A stretch of DNA of 64,000 nt from an uncultured Gemmataceae bacterium (GCA_963750165.1 CAVVPN010000011.1:672001-736000), one strand, 5' to 3'. Counted from the stretch's first letter, positions 9,356 through 21,615 are shown. Made by a program: numbers and translations. Notes: generated by a model from the sequence alone, not told the origin.

Positions 9356-11632
9356 ATGACCAGCCGCCGCGGTTCGCAGTTCGATGTCTTCGCGCTCAGC
9401 CTGCTCGTGGCTGGCCTCTTCGTCGCGGGGTGCGTGTTCGGTTATGACCTGACTCCGGCCAGCGCCGCCACCTACCCGCCGCCCCAGACCGCAGCGCACG
9501 TGCTCGGGCCGGCCGGAGCGGACCTGGCAGATCAACTATATCAAACGCTCGGCAGCGCCGTGTACGTCCTGCTGGCGGCGTGGTTCGTCCTGGTGCTGGC
9601 GCTGCTGCGCCGCCGCGGTCGCTGGCACTGGCTGCTGCGCTTCAGTGGTTGGGCGCTACTCGTGCCCTGCGTGGCTGTCCTCGCCGACCTGGCCGGTCCC
9701 GGCGCGTTGCCTGGCCCACTGACCAGCAACGGCGGCACCCTCGGGGCCTGGCTCACGGGCTGGCTCGAAGACTCCTTCACGCCTGCCAGCTGCGTCCTGC
9801 TGATCGCGGGAACCTGCGTGCTGAGCGTGACGTTGACGGCGGGCTTCGTGGTGCGGCGTCTATTGCGGCTGGGTTGGTGCTGCACCCGCTGGCTGGGGCG
9901 GCGCGTGGTCCACTCCGTCCTGGACAATCTGCCTTCCCGGACGCCGAGGCCGCAAACGGTGGAGGAAATCCACCTGGCGGAACTGGACGAGGTGGAGGTG
10001 GTGCCCACGCCGCGGACCATCCCGATCAACCGGCCGCAAATGCCGAGTTTCGCCGGCAAACACGGCGTCGGCTTTCGCTCGCTGCTGCGCCTGGGCCGCG
10101 CCGCGCCTCCCATCGTCCGGCCGCAGCTCCACTCCCCTGCTGATTTTTCAGGCTTCCAGCTGCCGCCGCTGTCCCTGCTCGAAGAACCGAAGCCGTTCCC
10201 GTTCGAGGCGCACGACCGGCGCCTGCGCGAACAGGCGGCCCTGCTGGAAAAGACCTTCACCGACTTCAACCTGAACGTGCGCGTCGTCGGCATCAACACC
10301 GGCCCGGTCGTGTCGCAGTACGAACTGGCCCTGGAGACCGGCCTGCGCGTCAACAAGGTTACCTGCCTGGCCGACGACCTGGCGCTCAACCTGAAGGTGC
10401 CGAGTGTCCGCATCGTGGCCCCGATCCCGGGCAAGAACACCGTCGGCGTTGAGGTGCCCAACGAACACCGCGCCGAGGTGCGACTCAAGGAAGTCATGCT
10501 CACCGCGGGCGCGAAGGTGCAAAAGCTGCACATCCCGTTGTTCCTGGGCAAGGATACCGAGGGCCAGTCGCTGGTGTACGACCTGGCGGACATGCCGCAC
10601 CTGCTGATCGCCGGTCGCACTGGCACCGGCAAATCGGTATGTCTGAACGCCATCATCCTCAGCATCCTCATGACGCGCCGGCCCGATCAGGTCAAAATGG
10701 TCATGATCGATCCGAAAATGACGGAACTCATCGAGTACGGCAAGATTCCGCACCTGATGCACCCGGTGGTGCGCGACGCCAAGAAGGCCGAGGCGATCCT
10801 GGCCTGGGCGGTGGACAAGATGGAGGAGCGCTACGACCTGCTCAGCCGGGCGCGCGTCCGCAACATCGCTTCATACAACCAGCTGTCCCACGAGGAAATC
10901 CTGCGGCGCGTCAACCCGGACGAGGAGGAGCGCGAGCGCATCCCTGACAAAATGCCGTTCATCGTCATCATCGTGGACGAGATGGCCGACCTGATGATGA
11001 CCTCCAAGCGCGAGGTGGAAGGCCACGTTATTCGGCTGGCGCAGAAGTCACGGGCGGCGGGTATTCACCTCGTTGTGGCCACGCAGAAGCCGACCGTGGA
11101 CGTGATTACCGGCCTCATCAAGTCGAACCTGCCGGCACGCATCAGCTTCCAGGTGTCGAGCCGCACGGACAGCCGCGTCGTCCTCGACGAGATGGGCGCC
11201 GACAAGCTGCTGGGCAAGGGCGACATGCTGTTCCTGCAGCCCGGCACCAGCACGCTGCTCCGTGCTCAGGGCACCTTCGCCAGCGATCTGGAAATCACCC
11301 GCGTGGTCGAGCACCTGGAGTGCGAGCCGTGCTTCGATCAGGAGTTGATGGAGGTCAAGAGCACCAGCGAGGGCAGCGGGCTGGTGGAGCGACTGCGCAG
11401 CGACAGTCTGTACGAGCAGGCCATTGAAATCGTGGTGCGCGAGGGCCGCGGCAGTGTGTCGCTGTTGCAGCGGACGCTGGGCATCGGTTACGGACGGGCG
11501 GCCCGGCTCATCGACTTCATGGCAGAGGACGGCCTGGTCGGCACTTACAACGGCAGCAACGCCCGTGAGGTGCTGTGCTCGCCGGAGCGCTGGGAGCAGA
11601 TGAAGGAGGGTCGCCAGGTCGCCGCGTGGTGA
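9356..11632 (+). CDS. ftsK: DNA translocase FtsK
   Basis: N-terminal TMs, PHLLIAGRTGTGKS, IIVDEMADLMM, RAAGIHLVVATQ, gamma domain SVSLLQR.LGIGYGRAARLID. Confidence 0.97.
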   Translation: MTSRRGSQFDVFALSLLVAGLFVAGCVFGYDLTPASAATYPPPQTAAHVLGPAGADLADQLYQTLGSAVYVLLAAWFVLVLALLRRRGRWHWLLRFSGWALLVPCVAVLADLAGPGALPGPLTSNGGTLGAWLTGWLEDSFTPASCVLLIAGTCVLSVTLTAGFVVRRLLRLGWCCTRWLGRRVVHSVLDNLPSRTPRPQTVEEIHLAELDEVEVVPTPRTIPINRPQMPSFAGKHGVGFRSLLRLGRAAPPIVRPQLHSPADFSGFQLPPLSLLEEPKPFPFEAHDRRLREQAALLEKTFTDFNLNVRVVGINTGPVVSQYELALETGLRVNKVTCLADDLALNLKVPSVRIVAPIPGKNTVGVEVPNEHRAEVRLKEVMLTAGAKVQKLHIPLFLGKDTEGQSLVYDLADMPHLLIAGRTGTGKSVCLNAIILSILMTRRPDQVKMVMIDPKMTELIEYGKIPHLMHPVVRDAKKAEAILAWAVDKMEERYDLLSRARVRNIASYNQLSHEEILRRVNPDEEERERIPDKMPFIVIIVDEMADLMMTSKREVEGHVIRLAQKSRAAGIHLVVATQKPTVDVITGLIKSNLPARISFQVSSRTDSRVVLDEMGADKLLGKGDMLFLQPGTSTLLRAQGTFASDLEITRVVEHLECEPCFDQELMEVKSTSEGSGLVERLRSDSLYEQAIEIVVREGRGSVSLLQRTLGIGYGRAARLIDFMAEDGLVGTYNGSNAREVLCSPERWEQMKEGRQVAAW

Positions 11633-11642
11633 ACGCGGCGCT

Positions 11643-12380
11643 TCACGGGATGCGGAGGACGCGGCACGTCTCCTCATAGCTCGCTTCCAGTTCGAGCGGC
11701 ACGGCCAGGTTGTCGGCGAGCCAGAGCGGTAACGTCGGTAGCGGTTGGCCCAGCGGCAGCGGGTGCAACCAGGTTTCGAGCAGCCAGTCGTCGCCCGGTT
11801 TGGTGGTGCGGCAGGCCACGGTGTACAGCGGCGGCGGCTCCCTCCCGAGCGCCGGGTCCGTCAGCCCGATCAATTCCAGCAGTTCGCCGTACAGGTTAAA
11901 GTTACGCGTCGTGACCAGATCGATCACGATGACGGACACGCGCTCCTGGAGCAAGGCGGCGCATTTGGCGACGAAGGCGTGGCGGTGCTCAGGACGATCT
12001 TTGTTGGAGGGACTGACGATCTCGACCGCGGCCACGAGCCGCCGGCCGCGGGTGCTGTCGTAAACGCGCACTTCAAACTCGTCCGTTGCCGGGAGGTCTG
12101 TAGCGACAGTCAGCGTCGGTTGGGCCGGTGCCCAGACCGCTGGCGTTAGCCCGCCGTAACCGTTGCCCGGGTCCACGGGAGAACGCCCCTCGTCGTCCTT
12201 CTCGAACGTCGCCACGCCGATCTCCGCGGAAAAACCCAGGTGGCGGCGCAGTCCGGCAACGTAGCGACGCGGCAACTTGTTGAACAAGTGCTGGACAATC
12301 ACCATCGGCCAACCCGCATGAAAACTTTCCCAGGCGGTGAGGTCGTCCAGGGGGGGGCGAAAATGGTCGCGCAACGGCAT
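11643..12380 (-). CDS. DUF4058 family protein
   Basis: MPLRDHFRPP, WESFH..W, LVAAVEIVSPSNKDR, LPTLPLWL. Confidence 0.9.
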   Translation of the reverse strand: MPLRDHFRPPLDDLTAWESFHAGWPMVIVQHLFNKLPRRYVAGLRRHLGFSAEIGVATFEKDDEGRSPVDPGNGYGGLTPAVWAPAQPTLTVATDLPATDEFEVRVYDSTRGRRLVAAVEIVSPSNKDRPEHRHAFVAKCAALLQERVSVIVIDLVTTRNFNLYGELLELIGLTDPALGREPPPLYTVACRTTKPGDDWLLETWLHPLPLGQPLPTLPLWLADNLAVPLELEASYEETCRVLRIP

Positions 12381-12546
12381 GAGAGAATCCTCCTTGCCGC
12401 CATTATACTCTGAGCCAGTCGCCACACACGATGCCCAACCGTGCAACCGCGCAGGCGTCTGGCAAGGGGCTTTCGCTCCGTCCGTGGCGGGGGTACAATA
12501 CATCCTGCCTTGAACCATCTTCGCCCCACCCATCGGAACGCAACCC

Positions 12547-14125
<1,579 letters not shown>

Positions 14126-14135
14126 GAGGGTCGTC

Positions 14136-14294
14136 ATGGTCTTCGCCGTGCAGTGCCCCAATCTGAAGTGTCGCAAGTTCATGCTGGTCGAACCGCAGGA
14201 TCGCGGCCGTGTCGTGCAGTGCCTGATCTGCAAGACGGCCATCCGCGTCGGCGTGCCGCAGCCGCCGTCGCCCAAGACGCCGATGCCGCGCTAA
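14136..14294 (+). CDS. Small zinc-ribbon protein (52 aa, below ORF-track cutoff)
   Basis: AGGAGG RBS; MVFAVQCPNLKCRKFMLVEPQDRGRVVQCLICKTAIRV... Confidence 0.8.
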   Translation: MVFAVQCPNLKCRKFMLVEPQDRGRVVQCLICKTAIRVGVPQPPSPKTPMPR

Positions 14295-14303
14295 GCGACG
14301 CGT

Positions 14304-15938
14304 TCAAGGCGTGTGTTTGTATTTGCCTTTTTGATTCTGTTCCTCATGATTCTGTCTCCGTCGAATGGCCGCCCGGCGCAATTCCCGCCGCGTCAACCAC
14401 CGTCGCAGCCGGCCCTGCGTCGCCACCTGCTCGACCGTGAACACGTATCGCCCCAGCAGCTCCGGCGGCGCCAGTGGGATGTCGCGCACAGTCACGTCCA
14501 GTAAGCCGTTGTCCTGCTCCAGATCGACCAGTTCCGCGAACCAGCGCGGCCCGCCCTGTGTGGCGCCACGGCCCGCACACACGGCGACGCGGCCGAACAC
14601 CTGCGCCTGCAGCGCCCACGCCAGCAGGTCATTGGTGACGACGCGGTGCTGCTGGCCGAGAGCGTCGCACAGCCACAGGCTCGGGCCCGCCCAGCACAGC
14701 ACCTGTCGCCGGCCGCGCACGGCCACCACGTCCAGCGGGATGCCGCCCGGGTCGCGGTAGGCGCACGGCGTCACCGGGCCGCGGCGGTTGAACGGCACCG
14801 CCCACAACTCCTCGCCGCCCACCCCGGCCGCCGCAACGTACACCGTGCCGCACAGGTCGTCCGCACTCCCCGGATGGACTTCCTCGGCGGGCAGCAGTAC
14901 CACGCCCGGGATTTCGTGGACCTGCACCAGCAACTGGCGGTGCCGCAACAGATTCACGGCGGCCAGTGGGCCAGGCCGATCCGGCAGTTCCGCCGGCAAC
15001 GTCAGCAGCCAGACGCCCTGGGTTGTCGCGACGAGCAGGCCGTCGCGCTCGCCCAGCGGCACCGGTCGCAGCACCGCCCGGCCGTCCTCCGCCGTCAGCG
15101 GTCGGCCGCCGTCGTCAGGCGTGAACCTGCTGACCGTGCAGCGCTCGTCCAGGGCCGGGTGCAGCCTGGACGCACACAGCGTCAGCCCTGCGGCCGACTG
15201 CGCCAGCCAGACGGCGACGCGCTCCGGGCAGTGACGGCCGACCTGCAACAGCACCGGGTCGGTCAGCAGTTCCTCGCCGGCGGCGGGCTGCCACACGAAG
15301 AGCGGCCGATAGTCGTCGCGGCGCGGGTCGTCCAGCGCCAGCAGGTTCACGGCCTTGATGCCGTACTGCGAATACAGCACTAGCCACAGTCCGCCATGCC
15401 GCGCCCGCACCAGTTGCCGCGCGCCGCCCGGCCACAGCTGCTCGAACGCCAGCGGCCGGGCGCCGTTGATGTCGCTGAACGGATCGACCAGCAGCCAGCG
15501 GCCGCCCCCGGCCCCCAGCCACAGCCAACCGCCGGCTTCCAGCAGTGACACCGCTGTGTCACTCGTGTCGGGTGGCAGGTAATCGTCCAGGTACAGCACC
15601 CAGCGGGCGTCCCCTGGCTGGTCCAGCGGCGGCTTCAGGTTCAAACTCTCTTGCGGCACGGCGTCCAGGTCGCGCAGCCAGGCGGCGGACGCCCAGCCAT
15701 CGGGCAACTCGTATCGGCAATGGCGGCAGAAGCGGGCCAGGGGCCGGTTGAGGGCACGACAGCGGCCGTGCTTGCCGTGCCGCGGACAGCGCGCCGCCAC
15801 ACGCTGACAGACGCCGCAGACGCACAACTCGCCGGTCAGCTCCGCCTCGTGGAACAGGCCGACGCACTCGGGATACGGGCAGGGCAAACCGGTTTGGCCG
15901 ACGGCCACCTCGGCGATGGGTTCGGGATGGGAAGTCAT
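14304..15938 (-). CDS. Hypothetical protein with N-terminal Cys-rich zinc-ribbon region
   Basis: CPYPEC, CGVC, CP..C, ARFCRHC; 544-aa ORF with ATGA overlap to upstream ORF. Confidence 0.75.
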   Translation of the reverse strand: MTSHPEPIAEVAVGQTGLPCPYPECVGLFHEAELTGELCVCGVCQRVAARCPRHGKHGRCRALNRPLARFCRHCRYELPDGWASAAWLRDLDAVPQESLNLKPPLDQPGDARWVLYLDDYLPPDTSDTAVSLLEAGGWLWLGAGGGRWLLVDPFSDINGARPLAFEQLWPGGARQLVRARHGGLWLVLYSQYGIKAVNLLALDDPRRDDYRPLFVWQPAAGEELLTDPVLLQVGRHCPERVAVWLAQSAAGLTLCASRLHPALDERCTVSRFTPDDGGRPLTAEDGRAVLRPVPLGERDGLLVATTQGVWLLTLPAELPDRPGPLAAVNLLRHRQLLVQVHEIPGVVLLPAEEVHPGSADDLCGTVYVAAAGVGGEELWAVPFNRRGPVTPCAYRDPGGIPLDVVAVRGRRQVLCWAGPSLWLCDALGQQHRVVTNDLLAWALQAQVFGRVAVCAGRGATQGGPRWFAELVDLEQDNGLLDVTVRDIPLAPPELLGRYVFTVEQVATQGRLRRWLTRRELRRAAIRRRQNHEEQNQKGKYKHTP

Positions 15939-16674
15939 GGGGCGGGCTCCCGCGGCGGCCTACGGTAGCAGAACGACAGCAGCGGCGGCCAGCGTTCGGC
16001 CAGCGTCGCGGGCAGAGCGTCGCGCGGCCACAGCCGTTGATCGACACGGCCCACACAGACGGCCAGGTGCTCGGTCAGTTGTTGTTGCAAGACCGCCAGA
16101 CTGCCGCCCGCGGGACGGATGGGCCAGGCGGCCTCGTCGCGCCAGCCGGGCCAGGCGGTGAGGTGCCGTTCCAGGGCGGCGAAGTGCGCGGCTTCTTCGG
16201 GCTGCTGTAGCAGGAGCGCGAGGGCGCCGACGGCGGCGAGAGGGCCGGCATCCTCCGATGGCAACCACCGCAGCAACGCCGCGAACTCGTCAGTGTCCGC
16301 CGTCGGCCGTGCCAGGGCGTTGACGAGCAGGCACGCCGCCGCGTCGTCTTCCAGCAGCAGCCGGAGCCAGGCCGCGCCGCCGTCGGGCCGTGCGCCAGGT
16401 GTCGCGCCACGACGCCGACCAGGACAACCGCCCGGCAGTCCTCGACAGCGCGAACCGCCCGCGCGAACGACAACGCCGGATCGGTGCAACCCGGATCAAC
16501 CAGCGGCTCGTCCGTCAGGCCCAGTGCAAGCAGCCGTCGCGCCGCCACGACGCGCCAGTCCGCTGCGCCAGGTTCGCGCAACCGCGCCAGCAACTCGGCC
16601 AGCGTCGCGGGCGGCGCCGCGCCAACCGGCAAGCCGTCGAGCACCAGGGTCAGCACGGCGTCGGCAGCGAACAC
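15935..16674 (-). CDS. Hypothetical protein, probably frameshifted near 16385
   Basis: Protein-like sequence moves from ORF 16075-16674 to ORF 15935-16489. Confidence 0.5.
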
Positions 16675-16976
16675 GGTCCGATCCCTCGCGGTCTCATGAA
16701 TGCGAATTCCGGTTGCCCAACCGCTACCCTGGGCCGTCCGAGGTGTTTATAGGTTGTCAGTCATGGTGTCTGACTGCGCCTGGACTGGCCTCCTCTCATC
16801 GTAGGGCTTTTTTTCACGAAAAGAACCACGGCCAATCACCGGAGCGGTGAAGGGCCGAACCTATCCGTCCCGTCGCGGGTGCGGGACCCGTGGCGGCCCG
16901 GTCACGGACTGATGTCATCGTTACAGGAGAAGAAGCACCCGGGAATTTCCATCACCCCTGTGCGGAGGACGAACCC

Positions 16977-18155
16977 ATGACCAATGGTCTTCGCGGAGCG
17001 AAGTGCCCCGCCACGGTCCTGTCTGCTCTGATCCTGGCGCTGGCCGGCGGGCTGGCTGGCGGTCAGCAGGCGGCCCCACCTGCCCCCAACCCCACGCCCG
17101 TGCGAGCGCTGCGGCTGCCCGAGACGCCCTACCGATACGCCAACCTCGAACTGCCGGCCCACTTCAAGACGGCCGCCGCGCGGCGCTTCGACAACACGCC
17201 CCGCGACAACCCGGTGACCGACAACGGCGCCACCCTCGGCCGCGTCCTGTTCTACGACACGCGGCTGTCGGCCAACAACACCGTGGCCTGCGCCTCGTGC
17301 CACCAGCAGAAGAACGCCTTCGTCGATCCGAACCGCTTCAGCAAGGGCTTCGAGGGCAAGCTGACCGACCGCCACGCCATGGGGCTGAGCAACCTCCGCT
17401 ACTACCCGCGCGGCCGCTTCTTCTGGGATGAGCGCGCCCCGAGCCTGGAAGCCCAGGTGCTCATGCCGATCCAGAGCAAGGTCGAGATGGGCATGACCCT
17501 GGACCGGGTTCTGGACATCATCAGCAAGGATGCGCACTACCCGAAGCTGTACCGGGATGCGTTCGGCAGCGACGGCATCACGAAGGAGCGCACCGCCAGG
17601 GCTCTGGCGCAGTTTGTCCGCTCGCTGGTGTCGTACCGCTCGAAGTTCGACGAGGGCATGGCCAAGGCGGATTCGGTGCGCGACGACTTCTCGAACTTCA
17701 CGGCCCAGGAGAATCGAGGCAAGACAACGTTCTTGAACCGTTGCGCCACCTGCCACCTGCCCGGCGGCCAGCAGGCGCACTTCACGCTGAACCGGCCGAT
17801 GAACAACGGCCTGGACGCGGACCACAAGACATCGGACGGCGGCGTGGGCGGCATCACGCTGCGGCCGGGCCAGTTGGGCCTGTTCAAGTCGCCGTCGCTG
17901 CGTAACGTGGAATTCACAGCGCCCTACATGCACGACGGTCGCTTCAACACCCTGGAAAAGGTGATCGACCACTACGCCCGCGGCGTCAAGAACCACCCGA
18001 ACCTCGACGGTCGGGCGCGGCGTGGCAACATCAATCCGGGCCAGCGGGCCGCCCTGGTCGCGTTCCTGAAGACGCTGACCGACCGGCAGTTCCTGGCCGA
18101 CCCGAAGTTCTCCGACCCGTTCGTGACGATCACCGCAACCGCCGCCCCCAAGTAA
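16977..18155 (+). CDS. Di-heme cytochrome c peroxidase (CCP/MauG family)
   Basis: Signal peptide, LGRVLFYDTRLS, CASCH, CATCH, FKSPSLRNV..TAPYMHDGRF. Confidence 0.95.
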   Translation: MTNGLRGAKCPATVLSALILALAGGLAGGQQAAPPAPNPTPVRALRLPETPYRYANLELPAHFKTAAARRFDNTPRDNPVTDNGATLGRVLFYDTRLSANNTVACASCHQQKNAFVDPNRFSKGFEGKLTDRHAMGLSNLRYYPRGRFFWDERAPSLEAQVLMPIQSKVEMGMTLDRVLDIISKDAHYPKLYRDAFGSDGITKERTARALAQFVRSLVSYRSKFDEGMAKADSVRDDFSNFTAQENRGKTTFLNRCATCHLPGGQQAHFTLNRPMNNGLDADHKTSDGGVGGITLRPGQLGLFKSPSLRNVEFTAPYMHDGRFNTLEKVIDHYARGVKNHPNLDGRARRGNINPGQRAALVAFLKTLTDRQFLADPKFSDPFVTITATAAPK

Positions 18156-18166
18156 GGAGCACATCG

Positions 18167-18637
18167 ATGCGCATGATGACCGTGTGGCTGACGGCCGCCC
18201 TGTTGGCGGCGCTGACGTTCACCGGGGTGGGCGAGAGCCAGCCCCCGGGCCAGAAGAAAAAAGGGCCGCCGGACGGCTTCGGCAAGAAGGATGGGCCGGG
18301 CTTCAAGAAGGGCAAAAAGGGCAAGGGCAAGGGCGCCCCTCTGACGACAGACGGAGTGGCCGATTACCTGCTCGCCTTCGACAAGGCCAAGACCGGCAAG
18401 GTCACCCGCGACCAGCTTCCCGAACGTATGCAGCACCTGGTCGATCAGGGCGACACCAACGAGGACGGCGCCCTGGATCGCGAAGAAATCCTGGCGCTGG
18501 CGGCCAAACTGTCGCAGGACCGCAGCCTCGCAGGGTTCGGCCGCGGCCCCAAAGGTTTCGGGGGCAAGGGACCCAAGGGCGGCAAGGGCGGCAAGAAAGG
18601 CAAAGGCTTTCCGCCTAAATCCGACGCCCCGTCGTGA
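18167..18637 (+). CDS. Secreted EF-hand, Gly/Lys-rich protein
   Basis: Signal peptide, DTNEDGALDREE. Confidence 0.8.
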   Translation: MRMMTVWLTAALLAALTFTGVGESQPPGQKKKGPPDGFGKKDGPGFKKGKKGKGKGAPLTTDGVADYLLAFDKAKTGKVTRDQLPERMQHLVDQGDTNEDGALDREEILALAAKLSQDRSLAGFGRGPKGFGGKGPKGGKGGKKGKGFPPKSDAPS

Positions 18638-18691
18638 CCTTGGGCGGGACGGATAAGGGCTGTGAACAACCCTGGCTCCGTTTACGTTTCA

Positions 18692-18879
18692 CGGAGAATT
18701 CACCACAGAGAACGCGGAGAACGCAGAGAGAAGACCGAGGAATCGATCCACAGCTGACACAGATGAAACACCGATAAAGACCTATTCAAATGTCTTTATC
18801 GGTGTTTCATCTGTGTCCTCTGTGGATCCTCTGTTGTCTTTTCTCTGCGCTCTCCGCGTTCTCCGTGGTGAATCCTCCG
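18692..18879. repeat. Long nested palindromic element between convergent genes
   Basis: Perfect 26-bp inner stem 18756-18781/18792-18817 within imperfect outer arms. Confidence 0.9.
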
Positions 18880-18898
18880 GTTTAGGCTCGGGAGGCGA

Positions 18899-19708
18899 TC
18901 AACCCTGCGTGGCGGGCACGAGCCCTTTCTCGCGCAGCACCGTCTCGACCCATGCCTGTTGTTCGGGTGACAGCGCCGGCGGCGGCACGCGCTCCGCATA
19001 GCGCACGCGCTGGCGGTACGGGCCGGAGTCATAAGCGCTGTCCATCACAGCTTGCAGGTCCAGAGCCACGCTGCCATCGCCAGGCAATAGCGGCACGTCC
19101 AGCACGGGGAGGCGGTCGGGCAGCAACACCGGGTAAACCTGGAACTCCTCGCGCGCGTCGCAGGTATGAACGCAGACGTGGTAGTCGAACGGCCCGGCTT
19201 GCTCCACGGCCAGCGCCTGGGGAACGGCCGTGGCGTGCGCCCCCCCGCGCAGCAAGTCGATCTCGATCAGGTGCGCCTTGCCGTCGAGCAACTCGCGTTG
19301 CTTGCTCAGGTATTTGTCCCGACTCTCCCCCGACGACTTGTTCGACGGGCTGAGCACCTCGATTGCCGCCACGAGATGTTCTTCGTCCCGGCGGCAATAA
19401 ATATCGACGAACGTCTGCCTGCGCTCGTCGGACGGGGTACGAACAAGCACGGGCCGGGTGGTCGGCCGTGCCGCCACGAGGGCGCCGCCCGGATTGGGCC
19501 GCTCGTCGCGGAGGACGTTCACGTCTGGCCAGAGGTTGCGCCCCGAGACGTCGATCCAGACGCGGTCGTTGATGTCGGCGTAGTAGGGTGGACGCAGGGC
19601 GGCCAGGAGCGCACGACAGGACTCGGTGATCAGCCGCGCGTGGAAGCCGGCGAACAGGGCGGCCTCCTCAAGAAACGGGTCCATGCCCGGAAACGGCGAC
19701 GGCATCAC
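18899..19708 (-). CDS. DUF4058 family protein
   Basis: MPSPFPGMDPFLE, IEVLSPSNK, HLIEIDLLRGG. Confidence 0.92.
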   Translation of the reverse strand: MMPSPFPGMDPFLEEAALFAGFHARLITESCRALLAALRPPYYADINDRVWIDVSGRNLWPDVNVLRDERPNPGGALVAARPTTRPVLVRTPSDERRQTFVDIYCRRDEEHLVAAIEVLSPSNKSSGESRDKYLSKQRELLDGKAHLIEIDLLRGGAHATAVPQALAVEQAGPFDYHVCVHTCDAREEFQVYPVLLPDRLPVLDVPLLPGDGSVALDLQAVMDSAYDSGPYRQRVRYAERVPPPALSPEQQAWVETVLREKGLVPATQG

Positions 19709-20389
19709 GGCCTCCTTTCCTGCGCCAGTCAGCTGCGAGGAAAAGGGGTCAGGTTTCGCTCGAAAGGTCAGATAACTTGAGGCGAAAACCTAACCAGACC
19801 CCTCTTGCTTTTCCTTTTGCTTTTCGGCCTTGGCACAACTCATCCTGAAGTCAATCCAGCGCACTAACCGAGACCTAGGAAACTCCCGTCGAATCCTCGC
19901 CCGATAGCTCGTTCTCGCCAGCAGGAAGACAATACTCTCGTCCTCCACTTCTATGCTTCGCCGCTTCAGTTTATCACGAAATGCCGGTAAGGCACCGACA
20001 ATTTGCTGCATTCCTTCTGGCGAATTCCTCACCTGAATCGGCGTGTCGAACAGATCGACAAGGAACACACCCAGTTCTTTGAGCTGCAACAAGAACGCTG
20101 CGTACTCCTCTGTGCTTTCAGGCAACCTTAGAAAGTAGTGGTGAAAGATTGTTGCTGGCAGGCTGCGGTTGTCACGAATAGATGGCGTCTTGCGGAGCAC
20201 CATGGGCAAGTAGAAGTACGATGATCCGCTGGGAGGGGGCGCTTCTCCCACCAACAGTGTCTCTATCACAAATGGTCGGTAGGCTTCGGATAACGCCAGA
20301 TAGTCTAAGCTTGACTTTTGCAGCGATATTAATACTCGAGTAATGCAAATTTCCGCATACGCCTTTTGGCGGAAACGCCTGGACATTTA

Positions 20390-21274
20390 GTGACTGTCCC
20401 ATAAGGGGGGAGGAATGCGTATAATGTACCATGAGAACGCAATCCTATCCCAGCGACGTGACCGATGCCCAGTGGACCTTGATCGAGCCGCACCTCCCCG
20501 TCTATCCCGGCGGGCGGCCCCGCACCACCAACCTGCGCAACGTCGTCGATGCCATCTTCTACCTGCTGCGCACCGGCTGCCAGTGGCGCTACCTGCCCAA
20601 GGACTTCCCGCCCAAAAGCACCGTCTGGCGCTACTTCGACGAGTGGCGGCACAATGGCACCCTCGACGTTCTCCACGACCTGCTCCGCAAAAAAGTCCGC
20701 ACGCAGCAGAAGCCCTACCAGCCTCGGACCACGGCCAGCGTGGACAGCCAGTCGGTGGACACCACCTCCGGCGGCGAGCAGCGCGGCCGGGACAACGCCA
20801 AGAACGTCGATGGCCGTAAACGCCATATCGTGGTGGATAGCATGGGCTTGCTGCTGGCCGTGCTGGTGACCGCCGCCAGCGCCGATGACGGCGCGGTGGC
20901 GGCCCAGTTGTTCGCCCGGCTGCAGGGCCAGCCGGTGGGCAAGGTGCGGCGAATGTTCGCGGACAGCAAGTACCACAACTACGCCCTCTACGAGTGGGTC
21001 CAGGAGAACGCCCCCTGGGAGCTGGTGATCGTGCGGCGGCCGGCGGGGAAGCGCGGTTGGGAGAAACTGCCGCTGCGCTGGACGGTGGAGCGGACCTTCG
21101 CCTGGCTGGGGAAGTGCCGGCGGCTCTCCAAGGACCGGGAGAAGAGCGCGCTCTCGTCGGAGGCGTTCGTCAAGTTGGCCATGATCCACCTCATGCTCAA
21201 CAGGCTCCAGCCCAAGGACACGAAGGCCAAGTTCTACTATCGCCCAGCTGCTTGACCCCTTATGGGACAGTCAC
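20390..21274 (+). mobile_element. IS5 family (IS1031-like) insertion sequence
   Basis: 19-bp TIR GTGACTGTCCCATAAGGGG, TTA target duplication. Confidence 0.95.
20431..21255 (+). CDS. IS5 family transposase
   Basis: YPSDVTDAQW, RTGCQWRYLP, VDSQSV, GRKRH, RWTVERTFAWL. Confidence 0.97.
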   Translation: MRTQSYPSDVTDAQWTLIEPHLPVYPGGRPRTTNLRNVVDAIFYLLRTGCQWRYLPKDFPPKSTVWRYFDEWRHNGTLDVLHDLLRKKVRTQQKPYQPRTTASVDSQSVDTTSGGEQRGRDNAKNVDGRKRHIVVDSMGLLLAVLVTAASADDGAVAAQLFARLQGQPVGKVRRMFADSKYHNYALYEWVQENAPWELVIVRRPAGKRGWEKLPLRWTVERTFAWLGKCRRLSKDREKSALSSEAFVKLAMIHLMLNRLQPKDTKAKFYYRPAA

Positions 21275-21499
21275 TTAGCAAGAAAAGGGCGAGGTTGCTA
21301 GTTGGCGCGGCGCCGAAAAATCGGCGCACACCATGTTGTACACTAATAGTTTTTTCACACCCACCAGACTTTCAGGTGTTGAAAAACTCGGAAGGCTCGG
21401 GCCGGCTGCCATTTCTGGCAATCCTGCCTTGTCCTTGGGCAATCAACGACAATGGAGATCGCTGCAAAAGTCAAGCTAAGGCCATTGTCTGTCTCTGTG

Positions 21500-21582
21500 G
21501 CCGAACTACCCGGCTCAGTTGCCACGGCCGAACTGCGGGACCGCCGCAGGAAGACGGAGTCAGCTGCAGCCGATGGTCCGGC
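21500..21582 (-). other. attC-like recombination site
   Basis: Minus strand GCCGGAC-CATCG-GCTGCAGCTGAC...GCAACTGAGCC-GGGTA-GTTCGGC; next gene ATG 14 nt downstream. Confidence 0.7.
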
Positions 21583-21615
21583 GCGACCAGGCCTCTCAGC
21601 CAGTTGCCCCACAGT

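Larger units (their letters stand above)
20310..21475. mobile_element. Non-autonomous MITE (~278 bp without the nested IS5)
   Basis: 18-bp perfect TIR CTTGACTTTTGCAGCGAT, 5-bp TSD CTAAG (20305-20309, 21476-21480). Confidence 0.88.
19790..21485 (-). pseudogene. Cassette gene (possible UDG-like fold) interrupted after codon 3 by nested MITE/IS5
   Basis: Removing 20310-21475 plus one CTAAG restores ATG GCC TTA GAC TAT = MALDYLALSEAYRP..LLVGEAPPPSGSSYFY. Confidence 0.8.
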
